A model generated the notes under the pieces. The model worked only from the letters and a program-made list of their open reading frames with translations. It did no database searches and had not been told where the DNA came from. This document shows positions 62,700-64,000 of a DNA stretch of 64,000 nt, in pieces. Source of the stretch: Lama glama (taxonomy: Eukaryota); the NCBI GenBank assembly GCA_028534125.1, contig CM052816.1, positions 98,582,001 to 98,646,000 on the forward strand, read 5' to 3'. Position 1 is the first letter of the stretch, and each line of letters starts with the position of its first letter. The position numbers were made by a program, and so were the translations under genes.

Positions 62700-64000
62700 C
62701 ACCAATTTTTTTTTTTTAATGAAGAACAGGTACTGAATTGAGATGATCATATCATTTTCTTTTGCCCAGTTGCTACGGTATTCCTGTGATAAATCCTTAA
62801 GCCATAATTTGTCCATATTCTAAATTACTCATCAACTCACATTCTCAAGATTTTATTTAATATTTTTGCAGCTTTAATCCTAAGTGACAGAGTTGTGAGT
62901 CTTGAAGGTATATATGCATGTTATTCTTAATTGGCTTTGGTACAGGGTTACACTAGTCTAAAGAGAATGACAGCATTCCATATTCTTGTAAGTTCCTAAA
63001 CAAGCAAAATAATAATAAAGACATCAGTTTTTCACTGAAGGTTTGCTCACCTGCAAGCCACCTGCATCTTCCATGGTGCTGGATCTTTACCTATTTTTTA
63101 AAATTTATTCTGGGTTATTTTTCTGTTCAGGATTGTCTGTGTCAATTTGAGTAGGTTTTCCTACAGAATGAGCCATTTTATGAACATGATCAAATTTGAA
63201 TATCAATTTCTAAATTAAGAAATTCTCCAAATGTAGTTTCATTGCCTTCTCAGTCTTGGTGCTACTGGCTTTTTGTTCCTTCCTCTCTTAGTCCAATTTG
63301 CTAGAGGGTTGTCAGTCTCACCAGCACTGTGAAGACCCAGCTGATACTTTCAATGGTCCCAAACCAACTGCTTTCTTTTCTATTGCAGTAACATACTACG
63401 TTCTCCCCTTCACCAATTCCCTCTTCCTACTTCGCTTACGTTTCTGCTGCATTTTCCTATCTTCTTAGTCATTCATTTTCTGTAATTCCTGCTTTCCAAA
63501 ATAACAGCCTAAGATCAAAAACCATTCACTGAATCCTATATTGGCAGTACCTCAAGGATTTTAGTAGATATTGCCCTACTTTTATTTCTGAAACAGCTTG
63601 GTATTTTAGGTTGTTTTTCGTTGTTGTTGTTGTTGCCCAAGAGGGGTTTGTTTGTGTTTATGTGTGTTCAGTTATCAGCTCTTTTGGGGGGCAGGTGGGA
63701 AAGATTTTTATTACTATTTTACGATTTATCAGTATCTTAGTATCTCGTATTAGATTGTAGCTTCTTGTTGCCTAGTAAATAGTCATCTTTCACATGTTTG
63801 AAAAGTACTTTAAAGACTTCAAAGTCTGTGGTTTAAAAGAGCTGTATGTAAATCTTCCATTGTGTAATTAGGATTCCAATTCTATCCCTTACTTTGTCTG
63901 CTTTTATTCTATACTCTGAGAAACACACGGAGGCCTCCCATGAAAACAGATCAGGCTACTCCCCCCAGAACGTCCAAGCATGTCACTGGACACAGCTTCA
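62700..64000 (-). mobile_element. Ancient L1M fragments
   Basis: T-rich antisense L1-like sequence (gagatgatcatat...tggctttggtacaggg...ctagagggttgtcag). Confidence 0.45.

Noticed and set aside
1..64000. CRISPR arrays, operons or other prokaryote-type systems
   Set aside because: The sequence is clearly mammalian (spliceosomal introns, LINEs, SINEs, LTRs), and I saw no regularly spaced repeat-spacer arrays.

Overview
This is mammalian genomic DNA, probably camelid (Camelus/Vicugna), judged from three copies of a tRNA-derived SINE resembling Vic-1 and the L1 3' UTR type. The right half (about 37.2-60 kb) holds the 3' part of ICE1 (KIAA0947, scaffold of the little elongation complex for snRNA transcription) on the minus strand. 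I could trace nine coding exons with GT-AG boundaries and consistent phases (87, 389, 4737, 169, 161, 191, 107, 99 and 182 nt; 6122 nt, about 2040 codons), followed by a roughly 0.9 kb 3' UTR with clustered AATAAA signals. The N-terminal exons lie beyond the right edge. The left 37 kb is repeat-rich intergenic DNA downstream of ICE1: L1, L2 and MIR fragments, MLT1/MLT2 and ERV1 LTRs, Tigger and hAT DNA transposon relics, and microsatellites. It also contains an orphan CpG island at about 28.6-29.15 kb. I see no convincing new biological system. The best leads are the orphan CpG island next to an intact MER41-like solo LTR, a textbook minus-strand splice acceptor near position 850 (possible unannotated lncRNA), candidate linear motifs in ICE1 (an HCF-1-type DHTY motif, RxLxF and a bipartite NLS), and a weak splice donor with a possible long-range RNA duplex around one frame-shifting ICE1 exon. 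Repeat family names and human exon numbers are from memory, not from a search, and repeat boundaries are approximate unless a TSD or TIR is cited.
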